DNA of 64,000 bases from an uncultured delta proteobacterium (GCA_963822965.1 CAWGJT010000005.1:1920001-1984000); one strand, 5' to 3'; positions 40,394 to 50,497 are shown, counted from the first letter of the stretch. Made by a program: numbers and translations. The notes: generated by a model from the sequence alone, not told the origin.

Positions 40394-42466
40394 ATGAACG
40401 TCCGAGACCCCGCAACCATGACGTCGTTCGATAGCACCTTCTGGATCGTCCACCGCGACCCCGGCCCCCGCGCCGCCCTGGGCCGCCTGGCGACGGGTGT
40501 GGGCGGACGTCACGAGGTCGTCCTCGGCCGTCCGGGCGACGCCGTCTTCGACGCCGCGGCCCCCGCCGACGCCATCCTGCTCGACCTCACCGCCAGCAGC
40601 CGCGACCCGGAGCCCGAGCTCGAGTTCGCGCGCCGCATGCACCGCCGGCTGCCCGACTGCGTCTGGGTGCTGATCGCCGAGCCGGCAGCGGTGGCCAGGA
40701 TGCAGCGGCTCTTCGACGCCCTCGACGCCCGCGTCATCCCGGGACCCCCGGACCTGCGCAGCCTGCGCACCGCCCTCTCGGGGGCGCTCGAGCGGCGAGA
40801 GGCGCGCCCCCTGTCCCGGCGCATCGGCCGCGACCACGTGTCGGCCCGCTTCGCGCGCTGGTTCTCCTCCTCCCAGGGCCTGGGGGAGCCGCCCGAGCTG
40901 GCCCTGGCGTTGGATCCGCGCCTCGCCCTCGAGCCGGTGCTCGCGCGCGGCGAGCCCGGCACCGGGCGCGGCCTGCTGCTGCGCTACGTCCACACCCTCT
41001 CGACCCCGGACGCCGGCCCCTTCGTCCGCGTCGCCTGCACGCGACAGAGCCGCCCCGAGGAGCTCGTCTCCCAGATCGAGGAGGGCGTCCGCGAGTCGGG
41101 ACCCCTGGAGCCGGGGCTCCACGCCGAGGGGCGCTTCGGCATCTGGCTCGCCGAGATCGATCGGCTCCCCGAGACCGCCCAGTCCCGGGTGCTGGACTGG
41201 ATGGAGTTCGGTCTGCCCCTGGTGCTCCCGTCCGCGGTGCGCGGCGCCACCCGCTGGTTCGCCAGTGCAGGCCCGGACCCGACGCGGCTCGACCCGCGCC
41301 TCGCCCTGGTGTTCGCCGAGCTCACCATCCGCACGGTGCCGGTGCGAGAGCGTCCGGGCTGCATCGAGGCCTTCGTGCTCGACACGGCCCGCGCCTGGTC
41401 GTCCGTCCGGCGCGAGCCGGCCAAGAGCTTCGACGCGCCCACCATCGACCTGCTGCGCGCCGAGCCGTGGCCGGGCAACCTGGCGGAGCTCGAAGCGGTG
41501 GTGATCCGGAGCCTGGCCCACGCACCCGCCGACGCGCGGGTGCTGGGCATCGGCGACCTGCGCTTCGACCCCGAGCTGCCGGCGCGACCTGCGGGCCCCG
41601 GGCCCGCAACCGCTGCGGCCGCGGAGCCGGCGCCACCCTCGGCGACACCGCCCACCCCGGACGAGGCCGGCGTTGCCATCGCCCGCGCCGTCACGGATGC
41701 GGAGGCGGGATCCGAGCCCCTGGCCCTGACGAGCCTCGAGCCGGACGAGGCGACACCGCGTCCGCCGCCGGAGCCCGCCCGGCGCGACGACCCGGTCTCG
41801 CGGCTCGCGACGGCCGTCGCCCACGAGGTCCGCAATCCCCTGGTCTCGATCCGGACCTTCTCGGAGCTGCTCGACGAGCATTACGCGGACGAGGAGTTCC
41901 GCACCCGATTCGGCCGGGTGGTGGCCGACGACGTCCGTCGCATCGAGGAAGTCGTCGAGCGACTCGAGCAGATGGGTGAGGGACCGGCGCCCGCGGCGCG
42001 CTTCGACATGACCGCCCTGCTCGAGGCCCTGCTGGACGACCAGCGTGCCCACATCCAGTCGAAGCGCCTGCTCGTATTGAAGGAGCTGGATCGGGCGCGC
42101 CCCTACGCGTTCGGCAACGAGGTCGCGCTGCGCCGCGCCCTGAGCGGCCTGCTCGACCACGCGATCCGGGAGGTGCCCGAGCGCGGCGACCTCTACCTGG
42201 CCTCGCGTCATCAGCCGGGAACCCCCGAGCGGGCCACGATGCGGATCGTGCTCCGCTACCGGGTCCAGCCCAGCGCGGCGCCGGGTGCCGAGGCGTCCGG
42301 CCTGCCGACCCTCCGCGACACCGTGCTCGAGCGGTCGCTGGCGGAGGGCGTCATCGCCCGCCAGGGCGGCAGCCTGCGCGTCGACACCACCGACCGTGCC
42401 GAGACCGAGATCGAGATCGATCTCCCGGCTCCCGGACCCGAGTGGCGGGACGAGGCGTTCCGCTGA
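40394..42466 (+). CDS. Pseudo-receiver / degenerate sigma54-activator AAA+ / DHp / degenerate HATPase fusion protein
   Basis: ARGEPGTGR, FVRVAC, LAEID and PWPGNLAEL (AAA-like); Pro/Ala linker; AHEVRNPL H-box; no G boxes; start 40394 or 40418. Confidence 0.85.
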   Translation: MNVRDPATMTSFDSTFWIVHRDPGPRAALGRLATGVGGRHEVVLGRPGDAVFDAAAPADAILLDLTASSRDPEPELEFARRMHRRLPDCVWVLIAEPAAVARMQRLFDALDARVIPGPPDLRSLRTALSGALERREARPLSRRIGRDHVSARFARWFSSSQGLGEPPELALALDPRLALEPVLARGEPGTGRGLLLRYVHTLSTPDAGPFVRVACTRQSRPEELVSQIEEGVRESGPLEPGLHAEGRFGIWLAEIDRLPETAQSRVLDWMEFGLPLVLPSAVRGATRWFASAGPDPTRLDPRLALVFAELTIRTVPVRERPGCIEAFVLDTARAWSSVRREPAKSFDAPTIDLLRAEPWPGNLAELEAVVIRSLAHAPADARVLGIGDLRFDPELPARPAGPGPATAAAAEPAPPSATPPTPDEAGVAIARAVTDAEAGSEPLALTSLEPDEATPRPPPEPARRDDPVSRLATAVAHEVRNPLVSIRTFSELLDEHYADEEFRTRFGRVVADDVRRIEEVVERLEQMGEGPAPAARFDMTALLEALLDDQRAHIQSKRLLVLKELDRARPYAFGNEVALRRALSGLLDHAIREVPERGDLYLASRHQPGTPERATMRIVLRYRVQPSAAPGAEASGLPTLRDTVLERSLAEGVIARQGGSLRVDTTDRAETEIEIDLPAPGPEWRDEAFR

Positions 42467-42499
42467 GCACAGCCCGGACGGCGGTGATACCCTGCCGCC

Positions 42500-43909
42500 A
42501 TGCCTCGCGTCCTGGTCGTCGACGACGAGCCCGGTGTCCAGGAATCGCTTCGCATGCTGCTCAAGCAGGAATGCGAGGTGGTGACCGCGGGCGACCTGGA
42601 CGCCGCCGTGCGCTCGATCGACACCCAGGTGCCGCACCTGGTGCTCCTCGACCTGCTGATGCCCGGCCGCAACGGCATGGAGCTGCTGAGCGAGCTCGAC
42701 GAGCGCGGGCTCCGCATCCCCGTCGTGGTGCTGACGGCCACCAAGGCGGTGGCCACGGCCGTGGAGGCGATGAAGCGCGGCGCGATCGACTACATCACGA
42801 AGCCCTTCGAGCCGGAAGCCCTGCGGCTCAAGGTGCGTCAGCTCATCGCCCACGGCGCGCTGGAAGAGGAGGTCGAGCGTCTCCGCGAGGAGGTGCGCGG
42901 ACGCCAACAGATCGTCGGGCTCATCGGACGGAGCCCGGCCATGCACGACGTGTTCCGGGCCATCGAGCGCGTGGCGCCGTCCCGCGCCAGTGTGCTGATC
43001 TCCGGCGAGAGCGGCACCGGCAAGGAGCTCGCCGCCCGGGCCATCCACGAGCTGTCGCCCCGGCACGAAGGTCCGTACGTGGCGGTCAACTGCGGCGCGA
43101 TCCCCCGCGATCTGATCGAGAGCGAGCTCTTCGGCCACGAGCGGGGGGCCTTCACGGACGCCGTGGAGCGGCGCATCGGCCGCTTCGAGACGGCCTCGGG
43201 CGGCACCCTGCTGCTGGACGAGATCGGCGAGCTCGACCCGGCCGTCCAGGTGAAGCTCCTGCGCGTGCTGCAGGAGAGACGCTTCGAGCGGGTCGGCAGC
43301 TCGACGCCCATCGACGTCGACGTCCGCATCCTGGCGGCCACCAACCGCGATCTCACCGCCGAGGTCGAGCGCGGCCGCTTCCGGCCCGACCTCTACTACC
43401 GCATCAACGTGGTGCCGATCCGGATGCCCGCCCTGCGCGAGCGCCGGGAGGACGTCCGTCTGCTGGCCGAGCGCTACCTCGATCGGGTGGTCGTGGAGAC
43501 CGGCCGCCGGGTCAGCCTGGCGCCCGCCACGCTGAACGCCATGGAGACCTACCCGTGGCCGGGCAACGTGCGCGAGCTCGAGAACGCCATCGAGCACGGG
43601 CTGGCCCTGTGCGAAGACGACGTGATCGAGCTGACCGACCTGCCCGAGGACATCGGCCGCAGCGGGCTCACGGAGTCTCTCCGGGACGACTGGCGCGCCG
43701 GCCGGGTGGGCTTCGAGGAGACCGTGGCCCGCTTCGAGCGGGAGCTCCTACGCGAGGCCCTCGAGCGCGCCCAGTGGAACCAGACCCGTGCGGCGGCCGA
43801 CCTGGGGATCACCCGCCGGGTGCTGAAGCTCAAGATGGACCGCTTCGAGCTCGACTCCCGGGGAAAGGATCGCCCGGAGATCCCGCACGGGGACGAATCC
43901 AGGCGCTGA
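42500..43909 (+). CDS. NtrC/AtoC family sigma54-dependent response regulator
   Basis: Receiver domain; GESGTGKE, GAFTDA, LLDEIG and WPGNVREL motifs; Fis-type HTH. Confidence 0.97.
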   Translation: MPRVLVVDDEPGVQESLRMLLKQECEVVTAGDLDAAVRSIDTQVPHLVLLDLLMPGRNGMELLSELDERGLRIPVVVLTATKAVATAVEAMKRGAIDYITKPFEPEALRLKVRQLIAHGALEEEVERLREEVRGRQQIVGLIGRSPAMHDVFRAIERVAPSRASVLISGESGTGKELAARAIHELSPRHEGPYVAVNCGAIPRDLIESELFGHERGAFTDAVERRIGRFETASGGTLLLDEIGELDPAVQVKLLRVLQERRFERVGSSTPIDVDVRILAATNRDLTAEVERGRFRPDLYYRINVVPIRMPALRERREDVRLLAERYLDRVVVETGRRVSLAPATLNAMETYPWPGNVRELENAIEHGLALCEDDVIELTDLPEDIGRSGLTESLRDDWRAGRVGFEETVARFERELLREALERAQWNQTRAAADLGITRRVLKLKMDRFELDSRGKDRPEIPHGDESRR

Positions 43910-44111
43910 CGGCCGTTCCGATCGGAACACCCCGCCGATTTCGCAGACGGCTCGGCGGGTTGTGGCGGCAAGGTGCGTGTCGACGCGGGCCGGGTCGTTC
44001 CGATGCGAACGGCAGGAGCCTGCCACCGGGCCGCCGCCCCACCTTTTCGCTGACACTTCAATCGCTTCGAATCCGGCCACTTGCACCCGCGACGGGCTTC
44101 CGCGCTGCCGG

Positions 44112-44127
44112 TGGCACGCGGCTTGCG
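44112..44127 (+). promoter_or_regulatory. sigma54 -24/-12 promoter (consensus match)
   Basis: TGGCACG-CGGC-TTGCG upstream of the HD-GYP gene. Confidence 0.8.
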
Positions 44128-44206
44128 AAGACGACGTGACATGGCCCACAACCCCCCGGCTCGAGTCCGCCCTTGCGACCCGACCCCGACAAGAAAGGGT
44201 CGCGCG

Positions 44207-45418
44207 ATGGCCGACTGCCCCCGGACCCAGATCCGTCCCACCGAGTACATGCTCGAGAAGACGACGATCCTGATCGTCGACGACGAGTCCGGTCCTCGCG
44301 AGTCGTTGCGGATGATCCTGTCCCCGGCCCACAAGGTGATCACCGCCGATTCGGGCTCGGCCGCCCTCGAGGTGATGCGCTCGACGCCCGTCGACCTCAT
44401 CACCATCGATCTGAACATGCCCGGCATGAAGGGCGAGGATCTGATGCGCGCGATCCGGGACGACTACCCGTCGACCGAGATCATCGTCATCACCGGCTTC
44501 GGCTCGGTGCGCACCGCCGTGGACGGGCTGCGCTTCGGCATCTGTGACTACATCTCCAAGCCCTTCGACGTGGTGGAGGTGAGCGGGGCCGTGAGCCGCG
44601 CCCTCAGCCGCAAGCAGGGCCGCTCCAAGCTCGTGAGCTTTCTCGAGGGGGTCGGATCGGTCCTCGGCAAGGATCGCGGGAGCGACGAGGTGCTCGCGGA
44701 GCTGGCGACGCGCCCCGACCTCCGCAGGCAGCTGGCCGGCGGCGCCGGGGCGGCCCACGTCCCGCGTCCCGAGCCGGCGTCGGAGCGAGCGCAGCAGGCG
44801 GCCGGGCAGAGCCGGCCGGTGGCGCCGGACACGACCCTGGAATTTCTCGACGTCCTCGCCCAGGCCCTGGAGAGCCGGGACGGCTACCTGCGCAAGCACG
44901 CCCAGCGCGTCGGCTTCTACGCCGACCTGCTCGCCGAGCGGCTGGGCGTGGACGAAGAGCTGCGCGAGCACGTTCGCATCTCGTCATTCCTGCACGACAT
45001 CGGCAAGATCGGCCTGAGCGACGCGGACAGGCAGCGCGCTCAGCTGCGCACGAGCGCCAGCGACGGCGAGGAAGAGCATCCCGAGGTCGGTGCCCGTCTC
45101 GTGGAGCCGCTGGGCTTCGAGGAGCCGATCGCGGAGGCGATCCGCCACCACCACGCGAACTGGGACGGCAGCGGCTACCCGGAAGGAGTCGCGGGCGAGA
45201 ACATTCCGCTCGCGGCACGCATGATCGCCGTGGTGGACGCCTTCGACAAGCTCACCGACGACCGGCCCGGTGCGGCCCGCCGATCCACCGCCGAGGCGAT
45301 CGCCTGCATCCAGAAGGGCTCGGGGACGCACTTCGATCCCGCCATCGTGGCGGCCTTCGTCGGGATGGTCGAGAGCGGCGAGCTCGAGCTGGGCGCCGCG
45401 GGCGAGGAGGCCCGATGA
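44207..45418 (+). CDS. Receiver + HD-GYP domain protein (putative cyclic dinucleotide phosphodiesterase)
   Basis: IVDDE...IDLNMP...SKP receiver; HAQRV, LHDIGK, HHHANWDGSGYP and ARMIAVVDAFD motifs; start 44207 or 44249. Confidence 0.92.
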   Translation: MADCPRTQIRPTEYMLEKTTILIVDDESGPRESLRMILSPAHKVITADSGSAALEVMRSTPVDLITIDLNMPGMKGEDLMRAIRDDYPSTEIIVITGFGSVRTAVDGLRFGICDYISKPFDVVEVSGAVSRALSRKQGRSKLVSFLEGVGSVLGKDRGSDEVLAELATRPDLRRQLAGGAGAAHVPRPEPASERAQQAAGQSRPVAPDTTLEFLDVLAQALESRDGYLRKHAQRVGFYADLLAERLGVDEELREHVRISSFLHDIGKIGLSDADRQRAQLRTSASDGEEEHPEVGARLVEPLGFEEPIAEAIRHHHANWDGSGYPEGVAGENIPLAARMIAVVDAFDKLTDDRPGAARRSTAEAIACIQKGSGTHFDPAIVAAFVGMVESGELELGAAGEEAR

Positions 45419-45771
45419 GCGCCGGCGTTCCCCCCGTGCTCGACCGCGGCGACGCGGCCGGCGAGCCGTCGTGCGACGGCGTGATCCGCATCGCCCGCTA
45501 CAGCGTGTATCCGCGGGCGACGAGCGAGCACGCGGTGCAGAGCGGCGTGGCGCGAGAGATCGGAGACGGACGGCTGGTGCTCGCGACGTCGACACCGGAG
45601 TCCGTGGGTGAGCTGCTGCGTGTGCTCGTGCAGGGCCTCGGCGACCAGGACGAGCACACCCTGGCGCGCGTCATCTCGTGCGAGGCCCGCGGGCCGGGAC
45701 GCTTCGAGCTCCTGCTCGAGGCGCTCGACTCCCACCAGCCGCGGTTCGTGAGATCGCGACGGCAGGCTTGA
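45415..45771 (+). CDS. Small protein, possibly a degenerate PilZ-like beta-barrel
   Basis: ATGA overlap with the HD-GYP gene; strand pattern resembles PilZ but lacks RxxxR and DxSxxG. Confidence 0.6.
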   Translation: MSAGVPPVLDRGDAAGEPSCDGVIRIARYSVYPRATSEHAVQSGVAREIGDGRLVLATSTPESVGELLRVLVQGLGDQDEHTLARVISCEARGPGRFELLLEALDSHQPRFVRSRRQA

Positions 45772-45928
45772 TTTCGACTCGTCTCGTTTTGGGGGGCGAA
45801 GGGGTCGGGTCCGGACGGGAGGTCGATGGATGAACCGGGGGGTTCCATCGGCTTCCTGTCCGGACCCATTCCGTGAGCCGCCGGTCCACGCAGGACGACC
45901 CACCGGGCGTGCTGCTACCCTGGGTGCC

Positions 45929-46279
45929 ATGTTCGGAATCGGCGGCTGGGAGATGATCCTGATCGGGGTGGTCGCTTTGCTGGTCTTCGGACCGAAGCGG
46001 CTGCCCGAGCTGGCCCGCTCCCTCGGGAAGGGCCTGGCGGAGTTCCGCAAGGCGTCGAGCGACCTGCGGCGCAGCATCGACTTCGACCTCGATCCCACCC
46101 GAACCTCCGCACCGGCCCCCGAGACCCAGCCACCCGCCCAGGCGGGCGACCCGGCGAGCACCCCGCGCATCGGTGGAGGGCCCCCGGCTGCGGGAGGGCC
46201 CGCCCTGGAGTCCCCCGAAGGCGCCGATCCGGATCCCGCGCCGGTCGTGGCGGACGAACGCGTCGCCCGTGGAGATTGA
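45929..46279 (+). CDS. TatA/TatB family translocase subunit
   Basis: MFGIGGWE...LLVFGPKRLPELARSLGKGLAEFRKA; precedes tatC. Confidence 0.92.
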   Translation: MFGIGGWEMILIGVVALLVFGPKRLPELARSLGKGLAEFRKASSDLRRSIDFDLDPTRTSAPAPETQPPAQAGDPASTPRIGGGPPAAGGPALESPEGADPDPAPVVADERVARGD

Positions 46280-47042
46280 CGAGGCGATTCCGCTCACCGA
46301 GCACCTCGGCGAGCTGCGCAGCCGGATCTTCAAGGTGCTGCTCGCCTGGGGCGGCGGGTTCGCCCTGGCGTGGGGGTTCAAGCAGCAGATCTTCGGCTAC
46401 CTGCTCGCCCCGGCCATCGCGGCGCTGAGCCCCGAGCAGCCGAAGCTCCAGGCCATCGCCCCCACCGAGATCTTCTTCACGTACGTGAAGTGCGCGCTGC
46501 TGGCGGGCTTCATGATCTCGCTGCCGGTGGTGTTCTGGCAGGTGTGGGCCTTCGTGGCCCCGGGCCTCTACCCGAGCGAGAAGAAGGCGATCGTCCCCTT
46601 CGTCGCGAGCTCCACGATCCTCTTCGCGGGCGGCGCCGTCTTCGGATACTCGGTGGTCTTCCCGCTGATGTTCCAGTTCCTGACCGGGTTCGACAGCGAG
46701 TTCGTCGTCTCGGCCTGGACGATGCGCGAGGTCTTCGCGCTCACCTCGCGCATGTTCCTCGTGTTCGGCGTCGCCTTCGAGCTGCCGCTGTTCATCTTCT
46801 TCCTCTCGGTGGCCGGCATCGTCGATGCGCGCCAGCTCTGGGGCTGGACCCCCTATGCGGTGCTGGGCGTCTTCATCGTGGGCGCGATCCTGACGCCGCC
46901 CGATCCCGTGAGCCAGGTGTTCCTCGCGGTTCCGCTCCTCGGCCTCTACCTGATCGGCGTCGGCGCCGCGTGGATCTTCGCCGGAAGGCGCAAGAAGCAG
47001 GAGGACGAGAGCGAGAAGGCGGCCGACGGCTCTCCCAGCTGA
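46269..47042 (+). CDS. tatC: Twin-arginine translocase subunit TatC
   Basis: PLTEHLGELR, WAFVAPGLYPSE, FELP and TPPDPVSQ motifs. Confidence 0.97.
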   Translation: MEIDEAIPLTEHLGELRSRIFKVLLAWGGGFALAWGFKQQIFGYLLAPAIAALSPEQPKLQAIAPTEIFFTYVKCALLAGFMISLPVVFWQVWAFVAPGLYPSEKKAIVPFVASSTILFAGGAVFGYSVVFPLMFQFLTGFDSEFVVSAWTMREVFALTSRMFLVFGVAFELPLFIFFLSVAGIVDARQLWGWTPYAVLGVFIVGAILTPPDPVSQVFLAVPLLGLYLIGVGAAWIFAGRRKKQEDESEKAADGSPS

Positions 47043-47129
47043 GGGCTCTCGCGGCTGAGGGCTCTCGCGGCTGAGGGCTCTCGCGGCTGAGGGCTCTCGC
47101 GGCTGAGGGCTCTCGCGGCTGAGGGCTCT
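47038..47129. repeat. 16-bp perfect tandem repeat x5.75 (GCTGAGGGCTCTCGCG)
   Basis: The first copy contains the tatC stop codon; no spacers; lies between convergent genes. Confidence 0.98.
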
Positions 47130-47151
47130 GCCGGCCGAGCGGCCGGCGGGA

Positions 47152-48846
47152 TCACTCGGGGGCGAGGCGCTCCAGCACGTGCTCGCACGGAGCCGCCCCG
47201 TCGGCGATTCGGACCTCGAAGCGTCCGGGCTTCTTCTCCATCACGAACGCCTCGTGCGGCCGGCCCTCCACGAGCAGCGACCAGGCACCTCCCGGCGCGG
47301 CCACGGCGTCGAGTGGCAGGCGCCGGCCCTCCACCTCCACCTCGCGCTCGGCGCCCGAGCCCACCACCTGTACGGCGAGCGCGCCCTCCCTGGCGCCCTT
47401 GCCCTTCTCGACGAGCTTCAGGGGCGTCCCGGGAGGAGCGTCCAGCGAGAGAGCCACCAGGGCGGCCGCCACGGGGAGCCAATCGCGGGAAGGCTCCGTC
47501 CCTTGGGCCGTGGCGAGCAGCGAATCGACGAGGCCCGTGTCGTAGCGGCCGGCCACGAAGTCCGGGTGGCCCAAGAGCGCACGGTGCAGCGGGATCGAGG
47601 TCCGGATGCCCTCCACGGCGAACTCGGCCAGCGCGCGCTCGAGCCGCGCCATGGCCCGTTCGCGGGTGGGTCCCCAGACGACGAGCTTGGCGAGCAGCGC
47701 GTCGTAATGCGGCGTCACCGTGTCGCCCGCCTGCACGCCGGCCTCCACCCGCACGCCGGGACCGCCCGGCGGGCGGAAGACCGCGATCCGCCCGGGAGAA
47801 GGCAGGAAGCCCTTCGCGGGATCCTCGGCGTACACCCGCGCCTCGATGGCGTGACCGCGCGGCGCGACTTCCTCCTGTCGGAACGACAGGGGTGCACCCG
47901 CCGCCACGCGGATCATCTCCGTCACGATGTCGACCTGCGTGATCTCCTCGCTGATCGGGTGCTCGACCTGCACGCGGGTGTTCATCTCGAGGAACCAGAA
48001 GTCGCCGCTCGCGTCCATCAGGAACTCGACCGTCCCCGCGCCGACGTAGTCGACGGCACGCGCCGCCTCGAGCGCCGTCCGACCCAGGGCCTCCCGGCGC
48101 TCGGCGTCGACGCCGCAGGCCGGCGCCTCTTCGAGCAGCTTCTGGTGTCGCCGCTGGACCGAGCACTCGCGCTCGAAGAGGTGCACCGCGTTGCCGTGCC
48201 GGTCGGCGAGCACCTGCACCTCGATGTGCCTCGGCCGGGCGATCTGCTTCTCGACGTAGATGGCGTCACTGCCGAACGAGGCCTGTGCCTCGCTGCGCGC
48301 ACGCTCGATGGCGGGACGCAGGTCCTTCTCGGCGGCGACGACCCGCAGGCCGCGCCCGCCGCCGCCGCCGCTCGCCTTGACCATCACGGGCAGACCGATC
48401 TCGAGGGCGAACGCCACCGCCTCGTCGTCGGACAGCGCCTCCGCGGAGCCCGGCACCACCGGCACCCCGGCTTCCCGCATCAGGCGCCGCGACGTCACCT
48501 TGTCGCCCATCGCCCGCAGCACGTCCGGGGCCGGACCGATGAACGCGACCCCCGCGCGCGCGCACGCCTCGGCGAAGTCGCCGTTCTCGGAGAGGAAGCC
48601 GTACCCCGGGTGGATGGCATCGGCGCCACTGCGCCGGGCGATCTCGAGCAGGCGCTCCACGTCGAGATACGACTCGCTCGCGCGTGCCGGTCCGCAGGCG
48701 TAGGCCTCGTCGGCGAGCCGGACGTGGAGCGCGCCGCGGTCCGCCTCGGAGTAGACCGCCACGCTCGGCACCGCGAGATCCCGGCAGGCCCGGATCACGC
48801 GAACCGCGATCTCCCCGCGGTTCGCGATCAGGATCTTCTGGAACAT
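47152..48846 (-). CDS. Biotin carboxylase (acyl-CoA carboxylase alpha-like) with a BT-like tail and no biotinyl domain
   Basis: IANRGEIA, HPGYGFLSEN, RECSVQRRHQK and EMNTRVQVEH motifs; no AMKM motif. Confidence 0.92.
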   Translation of the reverse strand: MFQKILIANRGEIAVRVIRACRDLAVPSVAVYSEADRGALHVRLADEAYACGPARASESYLDVERLLEIARRSGADAIHPGYGFLSENGDFAEACARAGVAFIGPAPDVLRAMGDKVTSRRLMREAGVPVVPGSAEALSDDEAVAFALEIGLPVMVKASGGGGGRGLRVVAAEKDLRPAIERARSEAQASFGSDAIYVEKQIARPRHIEVQVLADRHGNAVHLFERECSVQRRHQKLLEEAPACGVDAERREALGRTALEAARAVDYVGAGTVEFLMDASGDFWFLEMNTRVQVEHPISEEITQVDIVTEMIRVAAGAPLSFRQEEVAPRGHAIEARVYAEDPAKGFLPSPGRIAVFRPPGGPGVRVEAGVQAGDTVTPHYDALLAKLVVWGPTRERAMARLERALAEFAVEGIRTSIPLHRALLGHPDFVAGRYDTGLVDSLLATAQGTEPSRDWLPVAAALVALSLDAPPGTPLKLVEKGKGAREGALAVQVVGSGAEREVEVEGRRLPLDAVAAPGGAWSLLVEGRPHEAFVMEKKPGRFEVRIADGAAPCEHVLERLAPE

Positions 48847-48886
48847 CTGAACGGGCCTTCCTCGAGACGCGGGTCGGGAGCGGCGT

Positions 48887-50173
48887 TCAGAGCTTCGCGA
48901 TCTCGCCGGCCGTGCGGACCAGGCGCTGCTCGTACTCGAGCAGGTCGATCGGCTTCCGCGCCACGCCGGAATCCATTGCCGCCTGGGCGACGGCGGGCGC
49001 CACGTAGCGCAGCACCCGCGAATCGAAGGGCTTGGGGATGATGTAGTCCGGCCCGAAGTCGAAGTTCTCCCCGGGATAGGCGCGCTTCACCACCTCGGGC
49101 ACGGCCTCGCCGCGCTGGGCGAGCTCGGCCAGCGCGTGCACCGCGGCGAGCTTCATCGGCTCGTTGATCGCCGTCGCCCGCACGTCCAGGGCGCCCCGGA
49201 AGATGAACGGGAACCCCAGCACGTTGTTCACCTGGTTGGGGTAGTCGGAGCGGCCCGTGGCCATGATGACGTCCGAGCGCACCACCTTCACGTCATCCGG
49301 CGTGATCTCGGGGTTCGGATTCGCCATGGCGAAGATGATGGGGCGCTCGCCCATCGACTCGACCATCTCCTTGGAGACGAGGCCACCCTGGGAGAGACCC
49401 ACGAACACCTCCGCTCCCGCCATGGCGTCGGCGAGGGTGCGCGACTTCGTGTCCGAGGCGAACTCCGCCTTGTAGGGGTTCATCCCCTCTTCGCGCCCCT
49501 TGTAGATCACGCCGCGGCTGTCGAGCATCGTGATGTTCTCGGCGCGCGCTCCGAGATCCTTGTAGATGCGACAGCACGCGATCGACGCAGCACCGGCCCC
49601 CGAAACGACGATCCGCAGCTCTTCGAGATCGCGCTCGGTGATCTCGCACGCGTTGAGCAGGGCCGCGGCCGAGATGATCGCCGTGCCGTGCTGGTCGTCG
49701 TGGAAGACCGGGATGTCCAGCAGCTGCTTGAGACGCTCCTCGATCTCGAAGCACTCCGGGGCGCGGATGTCCTCGAGGTTGATCCCGCCGAAGGTGGGCG
49801 CGATGAGCTGGCAGGTGCGGATGATCTCCTCGGGATCGGTGCTGTCGATCTCGATGTCGAAGACGTCGATGTCCGCGAAGCGCTTGAACAGGACGCCCTT
49901 GCCCTCCATGACGGGCTTGCCGGCAAGGGCCCCGATGTTTCCGAGGCCGAGCACGGCCGTGCCGTTGGAGATGACGGCGACGAGGTTGCCCTTGGCGGTG
50001 TAGCGGTAGGCCAGATCCGGGTCGCGCGCGATCTCGAGGCAGGGCGCGGCGACCCCGGGCGTATAGGCCAGCGACAGGTCTTCGGCCGTGTCGGTTGGCT
50101 TCGTTGGAACGACCTTCACCTTCCCGGGGCGCCCGGATGCGTGATAGGCGAGTGCATCTTCCTTGAGACTCAC
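48887..50173 (-). CDS. Malic enzyme, MaeB N-terminal type without the PTA domain
   Basis: [32 protein letters not shown] and [12 protein letters not shown] motifs; GTG at 50173. Confidence 0.93.
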   Translation of the reverse strand: MSLKEDALAYHASGRPGKVKVVPTKPTDTAEDLSLAYTPGVAAPCLEIARDPDLAYRYTAKGNLVAVISNGTAVLGLGNIGALAGKPVMEGKGVLFKRFADIDVFDIEIDSTDPEEIIRTCQLIAPTFGGINLEDIRAPECFEIEERLKQLLDIPVFHDDQHGTAIISAAALLNACEITERDLEELRIVVSGAGAASIACCRIYKDLGARAENITMLDSRGVIYKGREEGMNPYKAEFASDTKSRTLADAMAGAEVFVGLSQGGLVSKEMVESMGERPIIFAMANPNPEITPDDVKVVRSDVIMATGRSDYPNQVNNVLGFPFIFRGALDVRATAINEPMKLAAVHALAELAQRGEAVPEVVKRAYPGENFDFGPDYIIPKPFDSRVLRYVAPAVAQAAMDSGVARKPIDLLEYEQRLVRTAGEIAKL

Positions 50174-50497
50174 GGAGCTTCCCTCGTGGCCCTTGCCGTC
50201 GCCGGGGCTGCCAGCGACGGCTCTCTCCGACGAACCGGGTTCCGGAGGGTGGCCTGGAGCGACGGTTCCCGTCGCAGCGAGAGCTGGGAGCAACCCGGGA
50301 CCAACCTCGGCCCCCGGCTTCTACCCGGGCCTTCGTCCAGGCTCTCCCACCTCACCGCCCCGCAGGTGCACGGGGTCGGCCGCCAGGCGAGAGCCCTGGA
50401 TTCTATCAGATTCCCTGAGGAGTTGGGGGGCGATGGGGACGCCCCGCGTTCCACCTCTCCACCCGCCGCCTCCCGGCCGGTGGGGTGGGGGTGGCGG

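Noticed and set aside
39395..43597. 1400-aa minus-strand ORF and many other long overlapping ORFs (e.g. 2440-4881, 5772-8246, 14091-16670, 53241-56144)
   Set aside because: They are antisense or alternative-frame shadows of recognisable genes, expected at this GC content, and carry no motifs
47038..47129. Possible CRISPR array (also considered for 37235-37312 and 51583-51654)
   Set aside because: Units are head-to-tail with no unique spacers, are too short, and no cas genes are present
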